Source: Mobula hypostoma | Lineage: Eukaryota | Assembly (NCBI RefSeq): GCF_963921235.1 | Contig: NC_086108.1 | Coordinates: 65,536,001-65,600,000 of the forward strand | DNA: 64,000 nucleotides | Direction of reading: 5' to 3' | In this document: in pieces, positions 37,686-50,785 of the stretch | Numbering within the stretch: position 1 is the stretch's first letter | How the letters are laid out: every line of letters begins with the position of its first letter | Translations under genes and position numbers: made by a program | Notes under the pieces: generated by a model | What the model was told of the DNA's origin: nothing | The model's database searches: none | What the model saw: the letters and a program-made list of their open reading frames with translations, nothing else

Positions 37686-39449
37686 TACAGTGTTCAGGCC
37701 GAGGGGAATGATGTTTTGTTTAGCTGTATGCATATATAGAGTTGAATGACGGTAAACTTGAACTTGAACTTGATGCCATCTAAGGAAGAGTAATGAGTGT
37801 TTGTGAACCACATCTGATCTGACTGAAAGAGTATAAACTGGGGCGATGAATGAGGGAAATAAAGAGGGGAAAATGTGCTGCAATAGTGTAATGCAGAATA
37901 CACCAGTTGCTGGAAATTTAAAATAAAGGACTTGAAATACTCAATAAATCAGGTGTCATCTCTGGAGAAAGAAAACCGGGTTAATGATACAGGTGGATGA
38001 CCTTGCATCAGAACTCACCAGCTCTGGTACAAAGTCATCCACTTATATCCTTAACCTGGTTTGATATAGGTGAACGACCTTGCATGATATAGGCTGGTTA
38101 CCTGAACTTGTTGTCAAGTTCCGAGAGTGGCAACATGCCTATTCAGAAGATGGAGTGCTGTTCCTCCAGAACTGTAGATGCTATCTAAATATTAAATACT
38201 GCAATGACTCGTTACTTGAAATAACTGCTCTTTGTTGAGAACATAGGTTTCCTTTAGTAACTGTACAAGCACAATGATGAGATCTTCCAGTCAGATTGAA
38301 TATGGCAGCTATTTAGATTCGGCACAGAGTTTCTTCATATCGGATGCACCAATTCGTTAAGTGAATTTTGCTGAATGCGGAATATTGTAAGAGCATTTTC
38401 TAATGTTCAAGTTCAAAGTTCTTAAGTAAATTTATACATGCCACCATATAAAACCTGGAGATTCACTTTCTTGTAGGCAATCACATTAAATGCAAGAAAC
38501 TCAAGAGAGTAAATGAATGGCTGCAAATAATCCTGAACTTGTCCAGATATATTCAATTTTACTATTCTAATAATAAGCATCCATCAACAAATTAATGATG
38601 TAAATCAACAATATTGCAGACTAGCAATCCAAGCTACTATGAATTCTAATTCTTATGAGATACGTGATCAAAGCAGAAGTGTAATAGAAAATTAAAGTTT
38701 TGGTTCTAGGTAGAAACTATAGATACAGATTACTGCACCGTACAGCATGCAGCTTATTTCTTGATTGCATTTCATTCAAATCTCAATTATCCCTTTCAAT
38801 TTTCTGCAAGGCTTAATTTTCTAGAGTTAAATTAGTGCTTATTGAGCTGAATTAGTCTAACAGAAATATGTGTTAAGATGATAACTTGAATATTTACACT
38901 GGTGAATAGCTAACACATTGGGAAATTGTTCAGGCTTGTCAGTGAAGACTGCTAAGGTTGCAACATTAAGAAAATGAAGGGATTTGGGGCCTTATTATGT
39001 GCAGATCAAAAAGAAAGGTAACACTAGTAAATCAAAGAAAATATGGTATGGTACAATACCTTTTGTGGGAGATGGTCATTGTCTTTCACTTGTGTAACTA
39101 AAATACTACTCATCACCTGACAGTCTTGTTGAATATTGTCTCGCCTTGTTTCATACAGACGTAAGCTACTTATTTTTCTCTCTGAAGCTGAAATAGGTAT
39201 TGATCACTATCTAATAATCTGTGACCATACTGAGTTTTGAATTGATGAAGGAAGCAGCTGAAGATGATTAGGTCTGAGAATAACTGCAGAAGCAACGCTT
39301 GGGCTGACACAATTGATAGGTATCAACCACAATGATTTTCCTTTGTGCAAGGTCTGATTTCTGTCATTCAAGACGGAATATTCATTATGTGGGGTTTTAC
39401 CAGGACTTCTTGATTCAACAATCAACCAAAAGCTGCAATGATGTCACTA

Positions 39450-39965
39450 ACAAGAGAAAATCTGCCGATGCCAGAAATCCAAGCAACACACACAAAATGC
39501 TGGAGGAACTTAACAGGCCAGGCAGCATCTATAGAAAAAACTACAGTCAACTTTACAGGCCAAAACCCTTCGGCAGGGCTCATCTGGAAACTGTGTTGTA
39601 CAAGCTGGTGGCAAAGGCATGTTCCCAGGAAGGATACATGGCTGTAGTAATGGGTCTGTGTAAGCACGTGGTTGATGAGTCGGAGAGCATCAGGAATCAC
39701 AGAGGGGGAGCAGTGGGAGAGGGTTTCACTGAACACCCGTCTAAGGGAAGATTTAAAATTCTTCAGGGTAGGTATCCCTGGAAGAGACTTCGCAGTGTAG
39801 TAATCCAATCGCAAACAAGATGCTGGAAATCCAAGCAACACACACAAACTGCTGGAGGAACTAAGCAGGCCAGGCAGCAACTATAGAAGGGGTTTGGCCT
39901 GAAATGTCGGCTATACCTTTTTCTATAGATGCTGCCTGGTCTGCTGAGTTCCTCCAGTATGTGTC
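39450..39965 (-). mobile_element. Mini Penelope-like element: pLTR - ORF N-terminus - pLTR, plus inverted pLTR
   Basis: Direct terminal repeats 39450-39575 and 39812-39890 flank a short ORF piece; inverted copy at 39890-39965. Confidence 0.7.
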
Positions 39966-40374
39966 ACTAGCAGTTATAGCATTTATTCTCATTTCATATC
40001 TGAAATGTAGCTCTTTGGTCTGTGTTTAGACCATATGGTCTGAAGCCAGGTGGTTCCAGATAGTCCCAATCTAAAGACTGCTGAGCAAGTTATTGGTAAA
40101 TAAGAGCCGTTCAGTAGCACTTCTGTAAGAATTTCTGTTACTGTGCTGATAACTAATGTTGGCTCATGGGGCATGAATTTTCCTTGCACTTTGTGGACAG
40201 TACAATTATATACTGCAATGCAGAGTCAGTGTTTTAATATTTTAACTTTAGCTGTATTCAATTCTCCCACCCATTTCTTGACAGCATTCCTCTATTTTCT
40301 CATCACTTCTCTATCTTCATTCTTTGCTGTTAAGATATTGTTTATGTCTTAATTTACTTTTTTTTTTGCTTTAG

Positions 40375-40571
40375 AAAAGATAAGACAAAAATATGGAGAC
40401 CTGCCAGGAGATCTACACATCTTTGAGCTTGAAAAAGACAAGAATGGTCTGGGACTCAGTCTTGCTGGCAACAAGGATAGGTCTCGGATGAGCATCTTTG
40501 TAGTAGGAATCAATCCTGAAGGTGCTGCAGGGAAAGACGGGAGAATAAAGGTCGGAGATGAACTTCTGGAA
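40375..40571 (+). CDS. PATJ: PATJ/INADL internal coding exon, N-terminal part of PDZ domain (~PDZ7)
   Basis: Polypyrimidine tract + ttag acceptor and GAA|gtaagt donor; 197 nt, phase 1 start. Translates (x)[69 protein letters not shown] loop present. EKDKNGLG and [11 protein letters not shown] match PATJ rather than the paralog MPDZ as I recall it (EKGHSGLG, SVFIVGIDPNG). Confidence 0.92.
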
Positions 40572-41104
40572 GTAAGTTAATAACTTAGATAACCTAGATT
40601 GTGTGCATCCCTTTCAACATTTAGTACAGGGTTTCCTAACCTGCAGTCCATGGACCCCTTGCTTAATGGTATTGGTCTGTGGCATTAAAAAAGGTTGGGA
40701 ACCCCTGATTTAGTAGAATCATCATCTACCACCTACTTTTATTGAGTACATGAAATTAAAGCTTATTGCTTTATTTTTCTTCTTAACCACTTCATGATCA
40801 GGTTTATATTTATTTAGAAAATTGAATTTTAAGCATCAATAAGCATCACTGATAATCCTGGAAATCTGAAATAAAAACTGTAAATCTTAGCAATACTCAT
40901 CATCAGTTAATGTTTCAATTTGAAGTCCTTTCTCATAAATGATATAAATAGTTATACTTAATTAATATTTGACCTTAACTAAAAAATGCTTGATAACGAA
41001 AAAAATTATTTGAGGAATTTATTCAGAATGAAGACTGTGCACCTAACTTTCATAGTCATGCTGCTTGAAGAACTAGACAATGATGCTTTTGTCAGTTGAT
41101 CACA

Positions 41105-42330
41105 AAAGTTCAAAAGTAAATTTATTATCAAACTACTAATGTGCCACCATGTACAACCCTAAGATTCATTTCCTCATGGGCATACACAGTAAATCCAGGA
41201 AACACAATAGAATCGATGAAAGGCTGCACCCAACAGGACAGCAAAGAACCAAAGTGCAAAGGGCAACAAACTCTGCAAGTACAAAGAAATATTAATAATA
41301 AATAAATTAGCAATAAATATTTGAGAACATGTGATGAAGAGTCCTTGAAATTGAGTTAGTTGGTTTTGTGAACAGTTCAGTGATGAGGTGAGTGAAGTTG
41401 AATGAAGTTATCCCTTCTGGTTCAAGAGCCTGATGGTTGGGGGGTAACAACTGTGCTTGAATTTAGTGGCGTGGGTCCTGAGGCACCTGTACTTTCTTCT
41501 TGAAGGCAGCAGTGAAAAGAGAGCATGGCCTGGATTGTGGGGGTCCTTGATAATAGATGCTGGTTTTCTGCAACAGCACTCCATATAGAAATGTTCAATG
41601 GTGAGGAGGGCTTTATCCGTGATGGACTAAGCTGTATCCACTACTTCCTGTAGGATTTTCCATTCAAGGGTATTGGTGTCTCCATACCAGGCTGTGATGC
41701 AGCCAGTCAATATACTCTCCACCACACATTTACAGAAGTTTGTCAAAGTTTTCGATCAGTTATCAAATCTTTTCAAACTTCTAAGGAAGTAGAGGCGCTG
41801 CCGTGCTTTCTTTGTAAAGGCACTTATGTGCTGGACCCAGGACAGATCCTCTGAAATAACACTGAGGAATTAACTGACCCTCTCCATCTGTAATCCCCTG
41901 ATAAGGACTGGCTCATGGACCTCCGGTTTCTTCCTCCTGTAATCAATAATCAGCTCCTTGGTCTTGCTGACACTGAGTGAGAGGTTATTATTATGGCACC
42001 ACTCAGTCAGATTTTCAATCTTCCTCCTATATGCTGATTCATCACCACTTTTGATTTGGCCAGTGACAGTGGTGTCAGCAAACTTAAATATGCCATTGAA
42101 GCTGTGCTTAGCCTCACAGTCATAAATATAAAGTGAATGGAGCAGGGGCTAAGCACACAGCCTTGTGGTGCTTTTCTGCCGATGGAGATGGGGAGATGTT
42201 GTTACCAATCTGAACTGACTGGGGTCTGTCTGCAAGTGAGGAAATTGTGGATCCAATTACACAAGGAGATATTGAGGCCAAGGTCTTCAAGCTTATTGAT
42301 TTGTTTTTGGGGATGATAGTATTGAAAGTG
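41105..42330 (-). mobile_element. Rex1/Babar LINE RT-3' fragment
   Basis: Reverse complement parallels 7450-8350 (ccacaaggctgtgtgcttagcccc; accaaggagctgattattga); aataaatttacttttgaact tail. Confidence 0.8.
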
Positions 42331-44484
42331 TGGAGAAATGTAGAAATAGAGTAGGAATAAAGAATAAAGATCACAAAGAAGTGTAACAGTGATGCCTATG
42401 AGAGTCTAAATTTTGTGATTTTCATTGCACACTGTTGATGAATGTTCATAATGGTTCTACCTTGGTAATAGCTAAATAAACTGTGAAATCTGTTCAGCAA
42501 TTTCTAATGTGGAAATATCAGCTTAGGCCCATTCAATTTATAAATACCCCAACAGTGACTACATACTCAAGCTAAATCATGATTGATTGATTGATTGATA
42601 TTGACGTTCACTGGGAACTACTCTAAGAATACAGATTTGGTGTGATCTATAAACCAATATGTCAATAAACTTCTCCATCTGTTATAGTTGAACCTAGACT
42701 TATTGATCTAAATATTGTTTTTAAGATTAAGATTCAATATGCTGCTCTCTCTTCAGCCTTTGAAATCAATTTCTTGTTTGTTGGCCTCATCCAATATTTG
42801 GATATTAATTTAAAAACTAATTTTAAGCTCAGAACAGTTAGCAATACATGCTCTTTTGATATGTAGTCTGCAATCTGAGTAAATATAAATTTTAACTGGT
42901 TTGACAAGATTTATGACTCGCTAAAGTAATTACAGTGAAATGTGTCCCCAGTGTAACAGATCTCATTTAATGGTGGCAGAGTAATTGGATATGGATTTTG
43001 CTGACCTGACTACTTCCATTGGCCTTTGTGAGATCTAGCATCTGAGAATAATCAAATGTTTGTCTACCATTTGTTTTTTAGTTAATGACAATGGTCTTAT
43101 CTGATTGACCTTGTTTTTGGAAAAAATGAATACAAATTTATTGAAGGTCATTATAAGCTTGCAATTAATGAGAGTCTTACTTGCATTATATCCTATTCTG
43201 TAATCTGCTGTAACACTGATAAGTTCCCTCATTCCCACAGAATGCAGGGATTCTGGAGACCTCTGGCCTCCCGGATAACCACAGCTGCACCAGGTGCATT
43301 GAGCTGCAGCTCCTCAGAATGTGTTAAGGAACTGGAGCTGTAGCTTGATGACCTTGGGCTCATATGGGAGATGGAGGAAGTGATACATAGGAGCTACAGG
43401 GAAGTAGTCAACGCTAGGGTTGCAGGAGGCAGGTAACCGGGTGACTGTCCGGAGAAGGAAGAGAAATGAGCAACCATTAGAGAGTACCCCTGTGACGGTT
43501 CTCCTCAATAATAAGTATACAACTTTGGCACTTTGGATACCACCGGGAGGCAGGGCTGGGTAACGACCTACCAGGTGGGAGCTGCAATGACTGGGTCTCT
43601 GGCACTGAATCTGATGCTGTGGCTCAGAAGAGAACAGATGTGAAGAGAACTGCTGTGGTAATAGGAGATTCCATAGTCAGAAGTATAGAGATGAGATTCT
43701 GTGGGCATGATAGAGATATCCACATACCAGAGACAGGAGGTATGTTGCCTCCCACGTGCCAGAGACAGGAATGTCTCAGATCAGTTCCATGGTATTCTTA
43801 AGGGGGAGGGGCAGCCAGAAGAATTGGTACATGGGTATGAAAGGTGAGGAGGTCTTAAAGAGAGAACTTAGGGAGCAAGTTAGAAAGCTGAAAAGCAGAA
43901 CCTTTAGAGTAGTAATCTCTGGGTTGCTGCCCGTGCCATGTGCCAGTGAGGGTAAGAATCGGATGATCTGGCAAATGCACGTGTGGCTGAGGAACTTTGT
44001 GCTGGGGGCAAGGGTTTAGATTTCTGGATCATTGGGATCTCTTCGGCAGAAGGTGTGACCTGTACAAAGGGGATGGGTTACAACGAAACCCCAGGGGGAC
44101 CAATATCCTTACCGGCAGGTTTGCTAGAACTGTTCGGGAGGATTTAAATTAATTTGATGTGGGTGGTGGGAACCAGAGTGATAAGGCTGAGGATGGGGTA
44201 GTTGGTTTACAAACAGAGGCAGTGTGTAGTGAGACTACTAGCAAGGAGAGGCTGATGATAGGGCAAAATTACAGTCAACAGGATGAGTTGAAATGTAAAA
44301 GGCAGACAAAATTGATAGGGTGATGAATACAGGACTGAAGGTGTTATATTTGGATGCATGCAGTATGTAGAATAAGGTAGATGAACTTGTAGCACAATTA
44401 CAGATTAACATGTATGGCGTTGTGGACATCACTGAATCGTGGCTGAAAGAAGGTTATAGCTGGGAGCTTAATGTTCAAGGATAT

Positions 44485-44720
44485 ATATAACCATATAACA
44501 ATTACAGCACGGAAACAGACCACCTCGGCCCTTCTAGTCCGTGCCGAACTCTTACTCTCATCTAGTCTCACCGACCTGCACTCAGCCCATAACCCTCCAT
44601 TCCTTTCCTGTCCATATAGCTATCTAATTTAACTTTAAATGACAACATCGAACCTGCCTCAACCACTTCTGCTGGAAGCTCGTTCCACACAGCTACCACT
44701 CTCTGAGTAAAGAAGTTTCG
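44485..44720 (-). mobile_element. Short CR1 3' fragment inserted in CR1
   Basis: RNFFTQRVVAVWNELP..FKVKLDSYMD on the - strand. Confidence 0.8.
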
Positions 44721-46403
44721 ATACTGTATCGAAAGGACAGGCAGGAGGGGTGGGGTTCCTCTGTTGGTAAAAAATGAAATCAAATCCTTAGAAAGAGGTG
44801 ACTGGTAGGATCGAAAGGCATAGAATCAATGCGGATTGAGCTAAGAAACCATAAGGGTAAAAAGACTTTGATGGGAGTGATATACAGGCCTCCAAACAGT
44901 AACAAAGATGCAGTTTACAAATTACAATGGGAGATAGAAAATGCATGTCAAAAGGGCTATAGTCATGGGGCATTTCAATATGCAGGTAGTTTGGGAAAAT
45001 CAGGTTGGTGCTGAATCCCAAAAGGGGAATTTTGTAAAATACCTATGAGATAGTTCTTTAAGCAGTTCATAATTGAACCCACTAGGGGATCGGCTATTCT
45101 GGATTCAGTTTTGTGCAATGAAACAGAATTGATTAGAGAGCTTAAGGTAAAGGAACCTTTAAGAGACTGTCACCATATTATGATAGAATTCACCCTGCAA
45201 TTTGAGAAGGAGAGCTAAAGTCAGATATAGCTGTAATACGGTGGAGTATGTAATTTCAGGGTACTTGGAGACAGATGGGAAAATAAGCTGGTCAGCATGG
45301 TTTCCTTTAAGAGAAAATCTTACCTGACAAATCTGTTTGAATTCTTTGAAGAAATAACAAGCAGTATAGACAAAGGAGAATCATTGGATGTTGTGTACTT
45401 GGATTTTCAGAAGGCATTTGACAAGTTGCCACACATGATGCTGTTTAACAAGCCCATAGCAATACAGGAAAGATACTGGCATGGATAGAACCTTAGCTGA
45501 TTGGCAGGAGACAAAGTGTGGGAATAAAGGGAGCCTTTCTGGTTGTCTGCTGGTGACTAGTGGTGTTCCGCGGATGTCTGTGTTGGGACCACTTCGTTTT
45601 GCATTATATGTCAATAATTTGGATGAAAGAATTAATGGCTCTTTGGCCAACTTTGCAGACGATATGAAGATATGTGGAGAAGTAGGGAGTGTTGTGGGAG
45701 CAGAGAGACTACAGAAGGAATTAGATTAGTTGAATGTGCGAAGAAGTGGCAGATTGAATACAGTGTCAGGAAGTGTATGGTCATTGACTTTTGTAGAAGA
45801 AATAAAAGAGTAGACTGTTTTCTAAATTGAGAGAAAATTTAAAAATCTGAGGTGCAAAGGGTCTTGGGGTCTTCATGCTGGATTCCCTAAAAATTACTTA
45901 CAGGTTGAGTCACTGGTGAGGAAGGCAAATGCAATGTTAGCATTCATTTTGAGAGGATTAGAATATCACAGCAAGGATGTAGTGTTAAGGCTTTTTAAGG
46001 TGCTGGTGAGGCCGCATGGAGTATTATGAGCAGTTTTGGGCCCCTTACCTAAGAAAGTATGTGCTGACACTGGAGAGGGTTCAAAGGAGTTTCACGAAAG
46101 TGATTCTGGGATTGAAAGGCTTATTATATGAGGAGCGTTTGATGGCTCTGGGCCTGTACTCACTGGAATTCAGAAGAATGAGGGGAGATCTCATTGAAAC
46201 ATATCGAATAGTGAAAGGTCTCAATAGTGTAGATGTAGAGAGCATGTTTCCTATGATGGGGGAGTCAAAGACAAGAGGACAGAGCTTCAGAATAGAGGGA
46301 CATCCATTTCAAATGGAGATGTGGAGGGATTTCTTTAGGCAGTAAGTGTTGGATTAGTGGAGTTCATTGCTACAGGTGACTGGAGAATAAGCCATTGGGT
46401 ATA

Positions 46404-49389
46404 TGAGGGGTGATTAATAAGTTCGTGGCCTAAGGTTCATGTTAAGTGTGTCCAGGACGGATTCCTGTCACAATATGTGGACAGGCCGACTAGGGAGAAT
46501 GCCATACTAGATCTAGTACAGTACTAGGTAATTGAACTGGGTCAGGTCACAGATCTCTCAGTGGGTGAGCATCTGGGGGACAGTGACCACCACTCACTGG
46601 CCTTTAGCATGATCATGGAAAAGGATAGAATCAGAGAGGACAGGAAAAATTTTAATTGGGGAAGGGCAAATTATGAGGCTATAAGGCTAGAACTTTCGGG
46701 TGTGAATTGGGATGGTGTTTTTGCAGGGAACTGTACTATGGACATGTGGGCAATGTTTAGAGATCTCTTGCAGGATGTTAGGGATAAATTTGTCCCAGTG
46801 AGGAAGATAAAGAATGGTAGGGTGAAAGAACCATGGGTGACAAGTGAGGTGGAAAATCTAGTGAGGTGGAAGAAGGCAGCAGACATGAGGTTTAGGAAGC
46901 AAAGATCAGATGGGTCTTTTGAGGAATATAGGGAAGCAAGAAAGGAGCTTAAGAAGGGGCTGAGAAGAGCAAGAAGGGGGCATGAGAAGGCCATGGCGAG
47001 TAGGGTAAAGGAAAACCCCAAGGCAGTCTTGAATTATGTGAAGAACAAAAGGATGACAGGAGTGAAGGTAGGACCGATTAGAGATAAAGGTGGGAAGATG
47101 TGCCTGGAGGCTGTGGAAGTGAGTGAGGTTCTCAATGAACACTTCTGTTCGGTATTCACCAATGAGAGGGAACTTGATGATGGTGAGGACAATATGAGTG
47201 AGGTTGATGTTCTGGAGCATGTTGATATTAAGGGAGAGGAGGTGTTGGAGTTGTTAAAATACATTAGGACGGATAAGTCCCCGGGGCCTGACGGAATATT
47301 CCCCAGGCTGCTCCACGAGTTGAGGGAAGAGATTACTGAGCCTCTGGCTAGGATCTTTATGTCCTCGTTGTCCACGGGAATGGTACCGGAGGATTGGAGG
47401 GAGGCGAATGTTGTCCCCTTGTTCAAAGAAGGTAGTAGGGATAGTCCGGGTAATTATAGACCAGTGAGCCTTACGTCTGTGGTGGGAAAGCTGTTGGAAA
47501 AGATTCTTAGAGATAGGATCTCTGGGCATTTAGAGAATCATGGTCTGATCAGGGACAGTTAGCATGGCTTTGTGAAGGGCAGATCGTGTCTAACAAGCCT
47601 GATAGAGTTCTTTGAGGAGGTGACCAGGCATATAGATGAGGGTAGTACAGTGGGGGTGATCTATATGGATTTTAGTAAGGCATTTGACAAGGTTCCACAC
47701 GGCAGGCTTAGGCAGAAGGCATGGGATCCAGGGAAGTTTGGCCAGGTAGATTCAGAATTGGCTTGCCTGCAGAAGGCAGAGGGTGGTGGTGGAGGGAGTA
47801 CATTCAGATTGGAGGATTGTGACTAGTGGTGTCCCACAAGGATCAGTTCTGGGACTTCTACTTTTCGTGATTTTTATTAACGACCTGGATGTGGGGGTAG
47901 AAGGGTGGGTTGGCAAGTTTGCAGACGACACAAAAGTTGGTGGTGTTGTAGATACTGTAGAGGATTGTCAAGGATTGCAGAGAGACATTGATAGGATGCA
48001 GAAGTGGGCTGAGAAGTGGCAGATGGAGTTCAACCTGGAGAAGTGTGAGGTGGTACACTTTGGAAGGACAAACTCCAAGGCAGAGTACAAAGTAAATGGC
48101 AGGATAGTTGGTAGTGTGGAGGAGCAGAGGGATCTCGGGGTACATGTCCACAGATCCCTGGAAGTTGCCTCACAGGTGGATAGGGTAGTTAAGAAAGCTT
48201 ATGGGGTGTTAGCTTTCATAAGTCGAGGGGTAGAGTTTAGGAGTCGCAATGTAATGATGCAGCTCTGTAAACCTCTGGTTAGACTGCAGTTGGAGTACTG
48301 TGTCCAGTTCTGGTCGCCTCACTATAGGAAGGATGTGGAAGCATGTGAAAGGGTACAGAGGAGATTTACCAGGATGCTGCCTGGTTTAGAGAGTATGCAT
48401 GATGATCAGAGATTAAGGGAGCTAGGGCTTCACTCTTTGGAGAGAAGGAGGATGAGAGGAGACATGATAGAGGTGTACAAGATATTAAGAGGAATAGATA
48501 GAGTGGATAGCCAGCGCCTCTTCCCCAGGGCACCACTGCTCAATACAAGAGGACATGGCTTTAAGGTAAGGGGTGGGAAGTTCAAGGGGGATATTAGAGG
48601 AAGGTTTTTTACTCAGAGAGTGGAATGCACTGCCTGAGTCAGTGGTGGAGGCAGATACACTAGTGAAGTTTAAGAGACTACTAGACAGGTATATGAAGGA
48701 ATTTAAGGTGGGGGCTTATATGGAAGGCAGGGTTTGAGGGTTGGCACAACATTGTAGGCCGAAGGGCCTGTACTGTGCTGTACTTTTCTATGTTCTATGT
48801 TCTAAGGTAGAAGGAGTCAATTTTAGAAAACCTAGCACATTTATTTTTCCTACATTTACACACCTAGTCCAGTGGTCGTGGAGCATATGGATCCCTTCTT
48901 TGTAGAAGTCGGCATCTTGGACCTCCAGGAGTGGTCCACAGCAGGGGTGATTGATAACTTCGTGGCCTAAGGTTAGAAGGTGATGAGTTATTAACTTCAA
49001 GCTTTCTGCATTTTCACTCAAAGAGTTGAGCTGCACGTGCATGTAACGAGAGCTGTATAACTCATCTCCTTCTACCTTAGGCCACAAATTTATCAATTAC
49101 CCCTGCTGTGGACCACCTGGAGGTCCAAGACACTCTCGTTAGTTCAATTCTTTGAGTGATAATGCAGAAAGTTTGAAGTTAATAACTCATCTCCTTCTAC
49201 CTTAGGCCACAAACTTATCAATGACCCCTGCTGTGGACCACTTCTACAAAGAAGGGATCCATATGCTCCATGACTGCAGGACTAAGTGTGTACATGTAGG
49301 AGGGGAACTATGTTGAAAAATAAATGTGCTAGGTTTTCTAAAATTGACTCCTTCTACCTTAGGCCACGAACTTTATCAATCATCCCTTG
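46404..49389. mobile_element. Mariner-type MITE (fold-back), split by a young CR1
   Basis: TA-flanked TIRs tgaggggtgattaataagttcgtggcctaaggt / accttaggccacgaactttatcaatcatcccttg; long inverted arms. Confidence 0.85.
46437..48801 (+). mobile_element. Young 5'-truncated CR1 LINE ORF2 with near-intact RT
   Basis: ORFs of 333 and 284 aa (KSPGPDG, NYRPVSLTS, SKAFDKVPH, GVPQGSVLG, FADDTK); (ttctatg)n tail; 7-bp TSD ctaaggt (46430-46436 / 48802-48808). Confidence 0.93.
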
Positions 49390-50693
49390 TATTTAAGGCA
49401 GAGGTTGATTAATTCTTGATTAGTCAGGGCGTGAAGGGACATGGGAGAAAGCAGGTGATTGGGGCTGAGAAGGGTACTAATCAGCCATGATGAAATGGCA
49501 GAGCATACTCGATGGACCGAATGGCATAATTCTGCTTCTATATCTTATGGTCTAACAATATCAGTGTTGTACTGGAGCTGGTTTGTATTTCTCACCTGCC
49601 TGCATGTATCTGGGTTGACTGCAAATGGCTGATCTCTCCAACCTTCCACATCAGCAGAAGTTTGGTGTGCCCTCAGGGACAAGCAGGCCTTCTGAGGTAC
49701 ACTTCTAAATCTGCTGCATGAAAAGCCTTGATAAATTCTGACTGGGCAAAACTGGGAAATACCAAACTTTACCTTCTGTGAAAGCCTGTCAGAATTTTTA
49801 AAGCAATTTTGAACATCTGATGTTCAGGGCTATTAAAAATTACTAAAATTATAGTGAATAAAAGGATATCAAAGCAAAGTTAATTAGAACATAAAATGTT
49901 AACAAATAGTAGAGAATATTGTTTGAAATCAAAATGCCTTCATTCTCCTGACCGATAATCCCCATTGCACTGAATTAGCATTCCAATCTTAAGTCCTTGC
50001 AAAACTAGAGCAGATGGAAGTTACCTTTGTCTCTAAGAGACAGGATTTAATAAGACAGTCTACTCGAAGTAGAGGATTTTGAGCAGAAAATAGATTATTA
50101 CAAAGTAGAAGATTATGTTAATCTGCACTTCAACCTGTGAGAAGGATGGAGTTTACTGGTGAATGTCAGTGTTAGAAATTGAGGCATCCAGTAGAATATC
50201 ACGAAGGTAAGTGTTCTTGGGTTCAGGATATTAGGGCCTAGGCCTCATAAGCTCAAAAGTGATGTTGGGGAGAATGTGTAAATGGTTGAACAGCATTAGA
50301 GAAGGATGCCAGAAAAATTAAAGTTAATAATTCGATTTGACTGGTAGGGTCTTCATCCAGCATAGCCATTCCAAGAACAACATGGTTCAAGTTCCAAAGC
50401 AAAGCACTGAGAGACCAGTGCATGGGGAATAAAGTTACCCTATACTCCTCGATACACCAACTTTGTAAGTGCCACAAGGATGACTTGTACCTAGTATTGT
50501 GTGGTTGAAGTGGCTGGTAGGCACAGTGTGATCCAGAAATATATTAAGCCCCTGTGTTCAGTGGCTTTCTGATGCCATAGATATATAATTGTATAACTAG
50601 AAAGCTGTTGAAGTTCCTTTGTCTCCTAATTAATTTTTGTAACTTGTGAAGTATTGTTCATAATTATAGTTCATTGCATGCTTGATTTTTCAG

Positions 50694-50785
50694 ATCAACA
50701 GCCAGATACTTTATGGGAGAAGCCATCAAAATGCATCAGCAATAATAAAGAATGCTCCAACAAATGTCAAGATAGTTTTGATAAG
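50694..50785 (+). CDS. PATJ: PATJ coding exon, C-terminal part of the PDZ domain
   Basis: ttttcag acceptor and AG|gtagtt donor; 92 nt, phase 0 to 2. Translates [30 protein letters not shown](R), in frame with the previous exon. Confidence 0.92.

Larger units (their letters stand above)
43240..49555 (+). mobile_element. Older near-full CR1 LINE (ORF1 esterase + ORF2), internally deleted; host of nested insertions
   Basis: ORF1 CxxC + VVIGDSIVR SGNH motif; EN GVIYRPPNS; RT YLDFQKAFDKLPH, FADDMK; 3' end resumes at 49390. Confidence 0.85.

Noticed and set aside
46561..48637. Long RT ORFs as a host gene or active retroelement
   Set aside because: 5'-truncated CR1 ORF2 with a stop at 47560-47562 and a frameshift near 47710; has TSD and tail.
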